Assembly: GCA_963754925.1 (NCBI GenBank)
Contig: CAVWHX010000003.1
Coordinates: 544,001 to 608,000 of the forward strand
DNA length: 64,000 nucleotides
DNA from: an uncultured delta proteobacterium
Lineage (GTDB): Bacteria; Myxococcota; B64-G9
Direction of reading: 5' to 3'
This document shows, piece by piece, positions 1 to 10,032 of the stretch. The stretch's first letter is position 1. Each line of letters opens with the position of its first letter. A program made the position numbers and the translations under genes. The notes under the pieces are model-generated. The model was not told the DNA's origin and made no database searches. It was given only the letters and a program-made list of their open reading frames with translations.

Positions 1-775
1 AGAAAATCATCTTCTCGCCGATTCGAACATCTCTCAAAAAAGTAACTTCCAGATTGACCGTTACGCCACCCTGGCCTGCGATGAAAAACCCGCCCCACCC
101 CATGGTCTCATCAAGCAGGGCGATCAGCGCGAGAGGATGCACAAACGCGCCCCGCCTAAACCAGAAGAAATCATCCCTATCCCTTTGCGTAAACCCGACT
201 TTCGAAAAAACCAATCTTTTCGAGCTGTTGGTTACGAGGTGAAACTCCCTGTTCAATCCCGGATAGGTGCGCTCATTGCCGCATACCAGACAGCGTTTGT
301 ACCGGGGCAGGGTAACGATGGGACGTTCCAACGCGCGAAAATTATCCGGAAGGTACGATCGGATATGGTTCTCCAGTTCAACCGAACCGGTATGATAAGA
401 AACACTCGCCTCGATGTAGGGATCCTTTTGCCCATGAAGAAGTATCTTGGCATGCGCCCCACGGTCGACTTCACTGACCGTAACGTCTACCGCATCCCCA
501 ATTTTTACTCGTGCCCCACCGAGACGATAATTAACATTAAGTGGAAAACAACCCTGGGCATCATCCGGAAAGTTGGGAAGACCCTGCATGAGCTCCAGAA
601 TGGCGCCCATGCCAATGCCACCGTGGGGAATCCCAATCCATCCCTCCGTGTGTTCCCCCATATCTATTACCGCGTGAATACGTGCTCGGTCTTCCGAATA
701 CTGAAATCCTCTGATGAGAAACCCATTCTCTGAACATCCGATACAGCCACGATGATTGGGGACGGTGTATTCCAC
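1..775 (-). CDS. Double hotdog-fold (PaaI-like) thioesterase, 3' end runs off the window
   Basis: Not in the ORF track because it has no stop in the window. Manual translation from GTG at 775 (RBS GCAGGAG): VEYTVPNHRGCIGC...EGWIGIPHGGIGMG...RCLVCGNE...HPLALIALLDETMGWGG...VTVNLEVTFLRDV, giving two PaaI-like halves each with CxxC and HGG or LLDE motifs. Confidence 0.75.
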   Translation of the reverse strand, partial: MEYTVPNHRGCIGCSENGFLIRGFQYSEDRARIHAVIDMGEHTEGWIGIPHGGIGMGAILELMQGLPNFPDDAQGCFPLNVNYRLGGARVKIGDAVDVTVSEVDRGAHAKILLHGQKDPYIEASVSYHTGSVELENHIRSYLPDNFRALERPIVTLPRYKRCLVCGNERTYPGLNREFHLVTNSSKRLVFSKVGFTQRDRDDFFWFRRGAFVHPLALIALLDETMGWGGFFIAGQGGVTVNLEVTFLRDVRIGEKMIF

Positions 776-793
776 AGAGCGGCTCCTGCCTGG

Positions 794-1387
794 CTATTCC
801 CACGTAGCAACAATGACGGCGCTGTGCGTATCTTCAGACAACTGCTCCAACAGTACCTGCCCGTGCACCCCGCTAAACGGTATAATACCCTGTAAGAATG
901 CGGCGACGCTAACCATGCAAATTCGACTTCTTGCCATAACGAGAGGCAACTCGTTGAAAATGATCTGGATTTTTTTGGGTCCTGTCTTATTTATAGATAC
1001 CTCTCCGCAATTGCGGTACATACTTTTCCATAGATGAGGGCCCAGTTGAAGCATGGTCCCCGGTCCGGTTTTAAATAGATTGAGAGCAACCCGAATAAAG
1101 GGACTTATCATCGACGAGGTTATCGAGTTATTGAATGTTTTCAAACCCCAGTTGTAAACCCCTTGTTCACCAACCTCGGCCTTCACGCACTCGCATAGTT
1201 CTATTTTGAATTCAATCGGTACCCAATCCTCATCCTTGGTGTCGAAAATTGCCTGAATCGTTGTCTTTGAAAAACGTTGCAAAATCCGGTCTCTCACTGA
1301 CGGGCCAAACGACTCCAACGCCTGAAGCCTGTTTTTCATCTGCCGGCAGCGGATTTCGGGTTGCCTGTCTGATGACGCCACCGTCAA
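794..1387 (-). CDS. Hypothetical protein, resembling myxobacterial V4R/DUF2378-like conserved proteins
   Basis: 197-aa ORF tightly packed between co-directional genes; WVP and 'LWKSMYRNCG' pattern. Confidence 0.55.
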   Translation of the reverse strand: MTVASSDRQPEIRCRQMKNRLQALESFGPSVRDRILQRFSKTTIQAIFDTKDEDWVPIEFKIELCECVKAEVGEQGVYNWGLKTFNNSITSSMISPFIRVALNLFKTGPGTMLQLGPHLWKSMYRNCGEVSINKTGPKKIQIIFNELPLVMARSRICMVSVAAFLQGIIPFSGVHGQVLLEQLSEDTHSAVIVATWE

Positions 1388-1394
1388 CTCCTGC

Positions 1395-2780
1395 TCACGG
1401 TATTATCAAACGCACTCGATTAGCCGCGGTGTCGACGACAAACAGGCTGCCATTTGGCCCGGCGGCAACATCCATGGGAGAGAGAAAGCGAGCCTTACCA
1501 AGGGGGCCATCGATTGCTTTGGCCTCGGTCGGCGAGCCATAGAGGGTCCGCACCACCCCCTGGGGCGTAACCAGCCGTAGTACCCCATTACCAGAATCCG
1601 CCACGATAATATTACCCGACTTATCGAACGCTATTCCATGGGGAAAAGAAAACTTTGCTCTGGCGCCGGGACCATCGGCAAAACCGCCCACCCCGAGCTG
1701 GGTGTCCGAGGTTCCCGCCAGGGTGGTCACCGTACCGTTTTCACCCTTGGTTAGGTCAAGCCGCCGAATGCGGCAGTTGAACGACTCGGAGATATAGATA
1801 ATTCCTTTTTTATCAACCAAGACGGCCTGGGGTTGATTGAAACGCGCCTTCAGGGCCGGCCCGTCCAAGAAACCGATTTGTCCAACGCCCTCTTCTACTT
1901 CAACCGGACCCACGCCGGCGATGGTGGTAACCCGGTTATTCGGCGAGATTCGCCGAATGCGAGCGTTGCCCTGATCAACCACTATCAAGGACCCGTCCGG
2001 CGCCAATGCCACATCGCTGGGGCAGTAGAAGCGAGCGTTCTCGAGGGAGCCATCGGCATATTGATTGGTGTTCTTGGTTAGCCCGCTGCATAAACCGGCC
2101 AACGTGGAAACGGTGCCCGCCGGGCTGACCTTTCGCAAACAGTTGTTCTTACAGTCCGCGACGACCATATTGCCGTCGGGCAACTTCGTCAATCCCTCGG
2201 GGAACGAAAAACGCGCTTCCGGCCCCGGGCCGTCGGCATAGTTTGCGATTGGGTTGCCCGCCAAGACCTTGGCCTTGCCGTCGAGCGTTATTTTCCATAG
2301 GCGGTGGTTGTCGGTAACCAGCACGAATCCAGCCGGGTCGTAAAAAATCGAGCGAGGACCGTCGAGCAACGCAGCAGCCGCAGTACCTACGGTTGCGATG
2401 CCAAAGAGAGTCCCAACACATCCCGTTAGCCCCTCATTGTTTCGCCCATCGCAGTTATTGTCGACATCGTCGCACAGTTCGGGTTTTCCGGGAGCAATGT
2501 CCTTGTTGGTGTCGTCGCAGTCCAGGGGTGTGCCCGCAGGACAACCATCCCCCGCAAAAAACCCGTCGCCATCCTTATCCTCGCAAACTTTGGGCCGCTC
2601 TGCCTCCTGGCGCTGGTTGAGAAGCTGCGCGCGCTCCTTAATGCCGACGCATTTGTCTTCGAAACAAACGTTGGCGCCAGGGCATTGGGAATCCTTGTCG
2701 CAGGTGCCCTCCTTGCGGCTACATCCAACCAAGAACACCAACAATGCACCCATTACAAACAAATACCTGAATCGTTGCAT
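1395..2780 (-). CDS. Lipoprotein with MopE-like putative metal-binding Cys/Asp repeat and NHL-repeat beta-propeller
   Basis: Lipobox LVGC; DKDGDG...DCDD...PGKPELCDDVDNNCDG; repeated DG..ARF..P.G/D units. Confidence 0.85.
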   Translation of the reverse strand: MQRFRYLFVMGALLVFLVGCSRKEGTCDKDSQCPGANVCFEDKCVGIKERAQLLNQRQEAERPKVCEDKDGDGFFAGDGCPAGTPLDCDDTNKDIAPGKPELCDDVDNNCDGRNNEGLTGCVGTLFGIATVGTAAAALLDGPRSIFYDPAGFVLVTDNHRLWKITLDGKAKVLAGNPIANYADGPGPEARFSFPEGLTKLPDGNMVVADCKNNCLRKVSPAGTVSTLAGLCSGLTKNTNQYADGSLENARFYCPSDVALAPDGSLIVVDQGNARIRRISPNNRVTTIAGVGPVEVEEGVGQIGFLDGPALKARFNQPQAVLVDKKGIIYISESFNCRIRRLDLTKGENGTVTTLAGTSDTQLGVGGFADGPGARAKFSFPHGIAFDKSGNIIVADSGNGVLRLVTPQGVVRTLYGSPTEAKAIDGPLGKARFLSPMDVAAGPNGSLFVVDTAANRVRLIIP

Positions 2781-2840
2781 AGGAACCTCACGACACGTGT
2801 TTGAACATGAAGATAGGATAGGCGCGCCGACCTGTCAACC

Positions 2841-2900
2841 TAAGAGCCCGTTAGCGAACGAAGTGAGCTTACGGGCTCTTATCCCCGAAGGGGATTAGAG
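2841..2900 (-). repeat. GGATAAGAG...CTCTAA hairpin element, copy 1
   Basis: Reverse complement reads CTCTAATCCCCTTCGGGGATAAGAG-CCCG-TAAGCTCACTTCGTTCGCTAA-CGGG-CTCTTA; related copies at 23245, 48632-48780 and 53319. Confidence 0.85.
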
Positions 2901-2964
2901 ATTTTTTTCAATCTCTTGTCCTGCAGACGACTATTTAGTTAGAATAGGTAATCTGGAGGGCATC

Positions 2965-3387
2965 ATGGCGGCAATAAAGCGCTGCGCCGGTTGTCTCACG
3001 ATATATGATGAAAACCATTGGGGCTACCATCGCGAGACCTGTCCTGCCTGTGGCGGCAAGCTGTATGTTCCCACGGCTGATGCGGGCGGACCAGCTCAGG
3101 AGCACTATGATTCGTCGGTCGATATTAGATTCGACCTTTCCAACCTGCTGACGCCTGAGCAACGGCGTGAGGTACTGGCAATTTTCCTCATCGGCTCGGC
3201 GCTTCTGGTATTCGCCTGCCTGCTGCGATTACTGTTTGTGGTGCTGGGCGGCAGGGAAGGTTTCTGGAAGGTGCCGCTCTGGCTCGACGGCATCGTTGCC
3301 CTGATGCTGGGGCTCGGCGTCCTGATGATATTCTGGTCGACCCGTAAATGGTGGCTGCACCTTCGAGATACCCGCCACACCCGATAA
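2965..3387 (+). CDS. Membrane protein with N-terminal zinc ribbon
   Basis: CAGC...CPAC followed by two hydrophobic helices; RBS GGAGG. Confidence 0.7.
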   Translation: MAAIKRCAGCLTIYDENHWGYHRETCPACGGKLYVPTADAGGPAQEHYDSSVDIRFDLSNLLTPEQRREVLAIFLIGSALLVFACLLRLLFVVLGGREGFWKVPLWLDGIVALMLGLGVLMIFWSTRKWWLHLRDTRHTR

Positions 3388-3394
3388 CGTACCT

Positions 3395-3793
3395 TCACCG
3401 CGATGATCGGCCGTTTTTCGTGCCACTCTTCTTTTGATGTTGTTGCCTGCCGCCGAGCCGACGCAATTCTTCGATATACCGAGTATGGTCGAGCGGGCGT
3501 TTATCCCTCAGCATCTGGATGGCTTCATCGGCCATCACGGCTGCGATGGCATGGATCGCCTCGTGGCGGCTTTTCCCGCGCCCTTGCAGGCGCATCAGGG
3601 CGTGCACGATTTCCGGCGGCTCTTTTCTTTCGAGCTGACGCTCGACCAGGGCATGGAGGAGCACGTGAACCTTCAACCCTTTCTCATCCAGCCCCGGTGG
3701 CGGATTGATCATATGCTCATCAAGAATCTCCGTCGGAGATTTCAGGATGCGTTCTTTGGTTGAGCGTTGCGGTGGATAGGCGGGTTTGGTCAT
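3395..3793 (-). CDS. DUF1841-like protein
   Basis: HVLLHALVERQL...PPE...RHEAIHAIA pattern; likely ATG at 3793 with GGAG RBS. Confidence 0.65.
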   Translation of the reverse strand: MTKPAYPPQRSTKERILKSPTEILDEHMINPPPGLDEKGLKVHVLLHALVERQLERKEPPEIVHALMRLQGRGKSRHEAIHAIAAVMADEAIQMLRDKRPLDHTRYIEELRRLGGRQQHQKKSGTKNGRSSR

Positions 3794-3900
3794 GGAATTG
3801 CTCCTTCCAGCGATTGATATCTTAAACCCTAGACAGATAGGTTGTCGAGTGGTAGCACTCCTCAGGAAATTATTCGAGCATCTGGACGATGGAGGGTGGT

Positions 3901-5959
3901 ATGTCCATACGAAACACCGTGTTTCTGATAGCCGTGATTGGTACGGGAAGTTGGCTCGCTTTTGACGCACCTGCTGCGCAAGAATCGGCTAAACAAGGAG
4001 GTCAACCGATGGTTCTCGGCGAGAACGATGTCATGGCGGTGATCGGTCAGTTGCAGGCGAAATTTGGTGCCGCCGAAAAAGCCAGGATCGAGCGCGGCGT
4101 CAACCAGGTGGCCCGGCTCTGGCGCCAGACCGATGGCACTGCCGAGGCGTTCGCAAAATTCTGCGCCGAGAATTATGCGACCGGTAAAGACCTCGACGCC
4201 ATCTTTGAGCGCTTTGAGGCCAAGCTTGAGCAGATAGGCGGAGCGTTCAACACCTTGAAGCTCGCCCTGCGCTTGCAGCTTGACGAGGATACCGGGCCGC
4301 TGCTGCCCGTTGATCGGATGTTCGCCGAGTTTAACCCTGCCGCCCACCTTCAAGAGGACCTGTTCCAATCCAAGTTGGCCTTCCTGGTGCTGCTCAATTT
4401 CCCCATACGCAGCTTGGACGAATGCCTCAGGAAACGGCGATAGGTGGACTCGCCGGCAGTGGGCCGAAGTCCGCCTGGCCCAGGAGTACCTTTCGCGGGT
4501 CCCGGCCGACGTAACCCAGACCCTCACCACGGCGTACGCCGATGCCGATGCCTATGTAACCAACCTCGTCGTCCTGATGGACCACGTTGTTGGCGCAGAC
4601 GGCAAGCCATTGTTTCGCGAGGGTCTGAAGCTTATCAGCCACTGGGGCCTGCGCGACGAATTGAAAGCGTTATACGTCGACCCGGCCGGCAATTTTTTGA
4701 AGCAAAAAACCATCCAGACGATCATGGAGCGAATCCTCACGCAGGAGATTCCCGCCACCGTCTACGGCAACCCCGCCGCGTACTGGGATCCCGTTGCCAA
4801 TACGGTCAACGGTAAGCAAGCTCCTGCCGAGCCGGACACCCGCTTTGCCAAACTGTTGGCGATCTTCAAAGCGCATAGGCAAGAGGATGCGTTCTACCCC
4901 ACCATGCCCACCCTCATCGACAGACGCTTTCAACGCGATCGGGAGATACCCGAGGCAACGGTTGCCGCGCTCCTCGAAACCGTTCTCAAAGCGCCCATCG
5001 CATCCGCGGTGGCGCAGGTGATCGAGAAACGCCTTTCCCGCAAACTGCAACCGTTCGACATTTGGTACGACGGCTTCAAGGCGCGCGGCACCATATCCGA
5101 AGAGGAGCTCGATGCGGCAGTGCGTGGACGCTATTCCAACCTGGAAGCCTTTCACCAGAATATCCCCGACATCTTAGGGAAACTGGGTTTTGACCCGCAG
5201 ACCGCTGCCTTCTTGGCTGCAACCATCGAGGTCGACCCGGCCCGCGGCTCGGGTCACGCCTGGGGACCGTTCATGCGCACCGAGAAAGCCCACCTGCGCA
5301 CCCGCGTTCCGGAACACGGCATGAACTACAAGGGGTTCAACGTCGCCATGCACGAGCTCGGCCACAATGTCGAGCAAGTTTTTTCGCTGTATCGGCTTGA
5401 CCACACCCTGCTGCAGGGCGTACCGAACACCGCGTTTACCGAGGGATTCGCCTTTGTCTTCCAAGCCCGCGACTTGGAAGTGCTCGGCCTCTCGAAGCCG
5501 GATGCCAAGGCCGATGCAGCAAAGACCCTCGATGCGTTCTGGGCCACCCGCGAGATCGCCGGCGTCGGTCTGGTCGACATGCGCGTGTGGCGCTGGATGT
5601 ACGCGCACCCCGACGCCACACCGGAACAACTGCGTAAGCAGGTTACGGCTATCGCCAACGAAGTGTGGAACACCTATTACGCTCCCGTGATGGGGGTCAA
5701 GGATAGTCCGATCTTGGCGGTTTACTCCCATATGATAAACAACGGGCTTTACTTACCGGATTATCCCATCGGCCACCTGATAGCGTTTCAAATTGAGGAT
5801 TACTTCAAAAGCCACCCGCTCGCCAAGGAGATGGAGCGCATGTGCAGCCAAGGGCGCCTTGCCCCGAACCTGTGGATGAAGCAGGCCATCGGCGCGCCGA
5901 TTTCATCAAAACCGCTGCTGGATGCCGTCAAAAAAGCTCTGCGCTTAATTGAGCAGTAA
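3901..5959 (+). CDS. Secreted gluzincin zinc metallopeptidase (M3/M32-like), frameshifted near 4433
   Basis: Signal peptide in ORF 3889-4443; HELGH and downstream NTAFTEGFA in ORF 4280-5959; removing one A from AGGAAAC joins ECLR-NGDRWTRRQW. Confidence 0.75.
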
Positions 5960-5983
5960 ATAAACTCGACGAAAGGTAATACC

Positions 5984-6465
5984 ATGAAACACACAATACT
6001 GTTCATTTCGTTCGTCCTCGTCGCAGCGCTTGCGGCGGGTTGTGCATCGAAGGCTGGGAAATCGGCTTCCGAGACAAAAGACCGAGAATCCGCGGCGAAG
6101 CAACTGGATAAAGCTAAAACCGAAACCAAAGAGGCGGTGCAGGCGGCACGGGACTACGCCTACGCGGAGAAGAAGACGAATTCGTCGCCAAGATGAAAAA
6201 AGAGCTAGCCGAGATCCAAAATGAATTGGATCAGCTGTCCGCCAAGATCGACAAATCCAGCGGTGCGGTGAAGGCCGACGCCAAAACCCAACTCGAAGCG
6301 CTGCGCGAGAAATGGGCCCAGGCGAAGAAGCAACTTGACCAAGCCGAGAGTTCCACCGAGTCGACCTGGGAGAAGGTCAAAGACAACCTCAAGAAGTACT
6401 ACGGCGAGTTGAAGGACTCGTTGGAGAAGACTCGTCGGTGGTTAAGCGACAAGATCAAGCCCTGA
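5984..6465 (+). CDS. Coiled-coil lipoprotein (sll1863-like stress protein), frameshifted near 6172
   Basis: Lipobox LAAGC; a frame change at GAGAAGAAGAC joins YAYAEK to DEFVAKMKKEL...ESTWEKVK. Confidence 0.65.
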
Positions 6466-6560
6466 GGCGGTCCGAACCTTTGCACACAAGCACAGATTTA
6501 GTATGTGTGCCGGTAACGCCAATCAAAGTAACCGATGTTCCATTCCGAAGGGGAATAGAT

Positions 6561-6998
6561 ATGACAGAATTAGAACCGGTAAAATCTCGACAGATTTTTA
6601 TGGGAAAGCTCGGGTATGGCTGCGACTTATTAGAGGAACTCACCAAGGTAGCAGCTGAGCGTGGGGTCAGGCTCGGACGAATCGAAGCGATAGGCGCGGT
6701 ACAAAAAGCAAGGATAGGTTTTTATAATCGGCAAACCCGAACATACCAGTTTTCTTCTTTCGATCATGAAATGGAGATTACCAAATTAGCCGGCAATATA
6801 TCTGTCAAAGATGGAAATCCATTTGTACATGCGCACATAACATTAGCCGATGTGGAAGGTAATGCATATGGCGGACACCTTGCAACCGGTACAATAGTAC
6901 TTGCCTGCGAGTTCCTTCTTGAAGCGTTTGACGGCCCAGTTTTTGATCGACGCTTTGATGAAGAAACAGGTTTATCTTTATGGGTAGTGTCGAAATGA
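6561..6998 (+). CDS. PPC/DUF296 (AF0104-like) domain protein
   Basis: AIGAV, EITKLAGNIS, HAHITLA, YGGHL motifs. Confidence 0.9.
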   Translation: MTELEPVKSRQIFMGKLGYGCDLLEELTKVAAERGVRLGRIEAIGAVQKARIGFYNRQTRTYQFSSFDHEMEITKLAGNISVKDGNPFVHAHITLADVEGNAYGGHLATGTIVLACEFLLEAFDGPVFDRRFDEETGLSLWVVSK

Positions 6999-7000
6999 TA

Positions 7001-7390
7001 TCAACCACCCGCAGCCTCTTTAATCTCGAAGAGATTACCGTCACGGTCCCGGACAAAGATTACCTCCGTATCCCCTCTGGGCACGCGCAGGACGGGGACA
7101 TCCATTGCGCGGGCCCGGGCAAGCAATGCGTCGGGGTCCGTGACGTTGAGGCAGACGTGGGCGATGGGGCCTACCTCCTCTCCCTCGCCGTCATGGATAA
7201 AAACCTCAACCTGGAGCGCGTCTCCGGAGAAATCGAAGAGTTCGAGACCTTCGTCGATGTTGAACAAGGGCTTGGTGATTGCGGAGGGAATCAGCTTTTT
7301 CTCGGATTTCTTCAGGCCCAAAAAATCTCCATAGAACCGATCCGCGTTTTGTTCCGAACTGCAGACCAGCCCGACGTGTCGGATGTTCAT
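7001..7390 (-). CDS. VOC/glyoxalase family protein
   Basis: HVGL...FYGDFLG...HVCL...FVRDRDGNLFEI. Confidence 0.9.
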   Translation of the reverse strand: MNIRHVGLVCSSEQNADRFYGDFLGLKKSEKKLIPSAITKPLFNIDEGLELFDFSGDALQVEVFIHDGEGEEVGPIAHVCLNVTDPDALLARARAMDVPVLRVPRGDTEVIFVRDRDGNLFEIKEAAGG

Positions 7391-7409
7391 CTATATCTCC
7401 GCATGCGGC

Positions 7410-8411
7410 TTAATCGATGACTTTAATGGCCTCGTGCCCGCCGATTACCAACCGGAAGCCATTGGCGATCTCCCGCAAGGGGAGCCGGTGCGTGATTAGG
7501 GAATCCACGTCTATCTCATGGGCGGCCAGAAGCCGCATCGATTCCTGGATGTCCGCAGGTCCGCAGTAGTAGGAGGTGAGGATGCGGATTTCCTTGGTCC
7601 AGAAATCGGTGATGGGGAGAACCACGCGTTTCTCAGGCCCGGGCACGGCGAAAAACACCACTGCCCCGCCCTTGTCTACTGAGGCCCAAGCCTGCTCCAC
7701 AGCCGCCAGCGCGGACGTGCAGAGAATCACGACGTCGGCTTTCTTATGAAGGTATTCCGAGAGCTTTGCCGGGACGTACTCCGCGGCCGGGATGGTCAGG
7801 TCCGCTCCGAACCTGTCCGCGTACGTCCTTTTTTTCTGATCGATGTCCGTGGCCACAACCAGGCAGTGTTTCTTTTTCGCAAGCTGGATCTGGAGCAGCC
7901 CGGACATCCCGCAGCCCAAGACTAGCACGGACTGGCCTTCTTTAAGCCCCGCCAGCCTCTGCGCCCTGACGACGCAGGCCAGGGGCTCGATGAAGGTAGC
8001 CTGATCATAGGAGATGGAATCCGGTAGTAGATAGGCGCCTCTCTCAACCAGGACCTCAGGGACAAGTATATATTCAGCGAATCCGCCCGGCAGCCGCTCC
8101 TTCACCTCCGCGCACTGCGGAAAATGACCGTCGCGACAGTACCCGCACTGAAGGCAGGGGACTTTCGGGGCGATGAAGACCCGATCACCCGGCGCAAAGC
8201 GCGTTACTTCGGAGCCAACCTCGGTGACCTCGGCCCCGACCTCGTGCCCCTGGACGAGCGGCGCCCGGGGCAGCCGATACCACTCGACTACGTCGCTGCC
8301 GCAGATTCCACAGGAGACGACCTTGACCGTCATTTCCCGGGGACCGGGCCGTCGCAACGAAGCCTCCTCTATGCGGATGTCATGGTTGTTGTACCATGTG
8401 GCGACTTTCAT
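7410..8411 (-). CDS. Zinc-dependent alcohol/polyol dehydrogenase (L-iditol 2-dehydrogenase-like)
   Basis: CGICGSD, GHE, CxxCxxCx7C, GCGMSG; the true end is probably 7391 (KVIIKPHAEI*) if one extra base near 7415 is removed. Confidence 0.9.
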   Translation of the reverse strand: MKVATWYNNHDIRIEEASLRRPGPREMTVKVVSCGICGSDVVEWYRLPRAPLVQGHEVGAEVTEVGSEVTRFAPGDRVFIAPKVPCLQCGYCRDGHFPQCAEVKERLPGGFAEYILVPEVLVERGAYLLPDSISYDQATFIEPLACVVRAQRLAGLKEGQSVLVLGCGMSGLLQIQLAKKKHCLVVATDIDQKKRTYADRFGADLTIPAAEYVPAKLSEYLHKKADVVILCTSALAAVEQAWASVDKGGAVVFFAVPGPEKRVVLPITDFWTKEIRILTSYYCGPADIQESMRLLAAHEIDVDSLITHRLPLREIANGFRLVIGGHEAIKVID

Positions 8412-8431
8412 GGATCTCCCCGCGCCGCCCT

Positions 8432-9334
8432 CTAGGTGCGCTCGTTCTCTGCCTTGCTCTTGAGCGTCCGGTACAAATCCAGGGCTTTCTCGGGTTTGAG
8501 GTTGTTATGCACTACCTCGCGCACCGCCTGGATCATGGCGACGGGTGAACCGCTCTGGAAGATGTTCCTGCCCATGTCCACCCCCGCCGCACCCTGCTGG
8601 ACGGCGTTGTGCGCCATCTTCAGGGCATCGAGCTCGGGGAGCTTCTTCCCCCCCGCCATAACGATGGGGACGGGACAGGACGAGGTGACGGTCTCAAATC
8701 CCTCTTCCACGTAGTAGGTCTTCACAAAGTGCGCTCCCAGCTCCGCGCAGATGCGGCAGGCCAGCCGGAAGTATTGAGCGTCCCGCTTCATGTCCTTGCC
8801 CACCGCGGTCACCCCCATCACCGGCATGCCGTGGCGCACGCCGAGGTCCACCAGCTTCGTCAGGTTGTGCACCGAACGCGTCTCGAACTCCCCGCCGATG
8901 AAGACCTGGATGCCCACCCCGCAGGCGTTGAGTCTGAGGGCGTCCTCCATGTCCATCGCGATCTCTTCATTGGAAAGGTCCTTCAATACGCTCGGCCCGC
9001 CGCTTGCCCGCAGGACCATCGGCCTCTGACTCTCGGGAGGCACCATCGTGCGCAGGACGCCCCGCGTGCAGAAGAGTGCGTCGCAGTAAGGGATCAAGGG
9101 CACGATGGTCAGGTCGATCCGCTCCAGGCCGGTGGTCGGCCCCTGAAAGTATCCATGATCGACGGCGAGCATCACCGTGCGGCCGCTCTCAGGGTTGAAG
9201 GTGCGCGCCAGGCGGTTCTTCATCCCCCAATCGTACGACCCGGCTCCCTTCAGGAAGAACCCCGGCGTCTTCTGGGGCACGTCGGCGTGGTACTGCTTCT
9301 CCTTTTTGCTGTCATCGGCTTCGGGCATGGGCAA
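8432..9334 (-). CDS. lsrF: 3-hydroxy-5-phosphonooxypentane-2,4-dione thiolase (class I aldolase family)
   Basis: [60 protein letters not shown]. Confidence 0.9.
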   Translation of the reverse strand: MPMPEADDSKKEKQYHADVPQKTPGFFLKGAGSYDWGMKNRLARTFNPESGRTVMLAVDHGYFQGPTTGLERIDLTIVPLIPYCDALFCTRGVLRTMVPPESQRPMVLRASGGPSVLKDLSNEEIAMDMEDALRLNACGVGIQVFIGGEFETRSVHNLTKLVDLGVRHGMPVMGVTAVGKDMKRDAQYFRLACRICAELGAHFVKTYYVEEGFETVTSSCPVPIVMAGGKKLPELDALKMAHNAVQQGAAGVDMGRNIFQSGSPVAMIQAVREVVHNNLKPEKALDLYRTLKSKAENERT

Positions 9335-9360
9335 TGTTCCTTTCAGCGGCTAAGGTTAAT

Positions 9361-9990
9361 CTATTTTAGGTAATAGCTTTTTTGCTCTTGTACCGTTGAG
9401 GTGGGATTTCGCCCATAGTGATGGCCGGGCCAGATGACGGTATCGTCGGGAAGCGTAAGAATCTTATTGACGATAGAGTGCATGATCTTTTTCATCGACC
9501 CGTCGCCGAGATCGGTTCTACCCATGCCTTCGGTAAAAAGGGTATCCCCGGTAAAAAGATGCCCGGGCGTATACAGGCATATACTTCCTTCGGAATGACC
9601 CGGCGTGTGAATCACGTTGAGCTTAACGGCGCCGAATTCGATGATATCGCCGTCCTTCAAGGTCTGCCCGGGCCGCGGTGACGAACTTCCGCCCATCACG
9701 GTCTTGCTGAAGATCTTGGTGGCCAGGCCGCCTAATTTCTTTACGTCAAGCTCGTGAATGAGAATGGGTGCGCCGGTTTTTTCGGCCACGTATTTGTTTC
9801 CCGAGGTATGGTCAAAATGGCCGTGGGTGTTGATGATATATTTTATCTTAACGCCGTGCTTTTCCACGCTATGGAAGATCTTCTCAAAGTCTCCCGCCGG
9901 ATCAATCAGAACGCCTTCTTTGGTCTTTTCGTCCGCCACCAGATAGCAGAAAACCGCCATACCGGTTACTAATATCTGTTCGATGATCAC
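9361..9990 (-). CDS. MBL-fold metallohydrolase (glyoxalase II-like)
   Basis: THGHFDH, HTPGHS, FTGDTLF, PGH; GTG start at 9990 after GAGGAGG. Confidence 0.9.
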   Translation of the reverse strand: MIIEQILVTGMAVFCYLVADEKTKEGVLIDPAGDFEKIFHSVEKHGVKIKYIINTHGHFDHTSGNKYVAEKTGAPILIHELDVKKLGGLATKIFSKTVMGGSSSPRPGQTLKDGDIIEFGAVKLNVIHTPGHSEGSICLYTPGHLFTGDTLFTEGMGRTDLGDGSMKKIMHSIVNKILTLPDDTVIWPGHHYGRNPTSTVQEQKSYYLK

Positions 9991-10032
9991 GAATTGATTC
10001 CTCCTCAACCGCTTCTGGCGGTCACCCGACCG

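Noticed and set aside
137..733. 198-aa plus-strand ORF
   Set aside because: Antisense shadow of the minus-strand hotdog thioesterase
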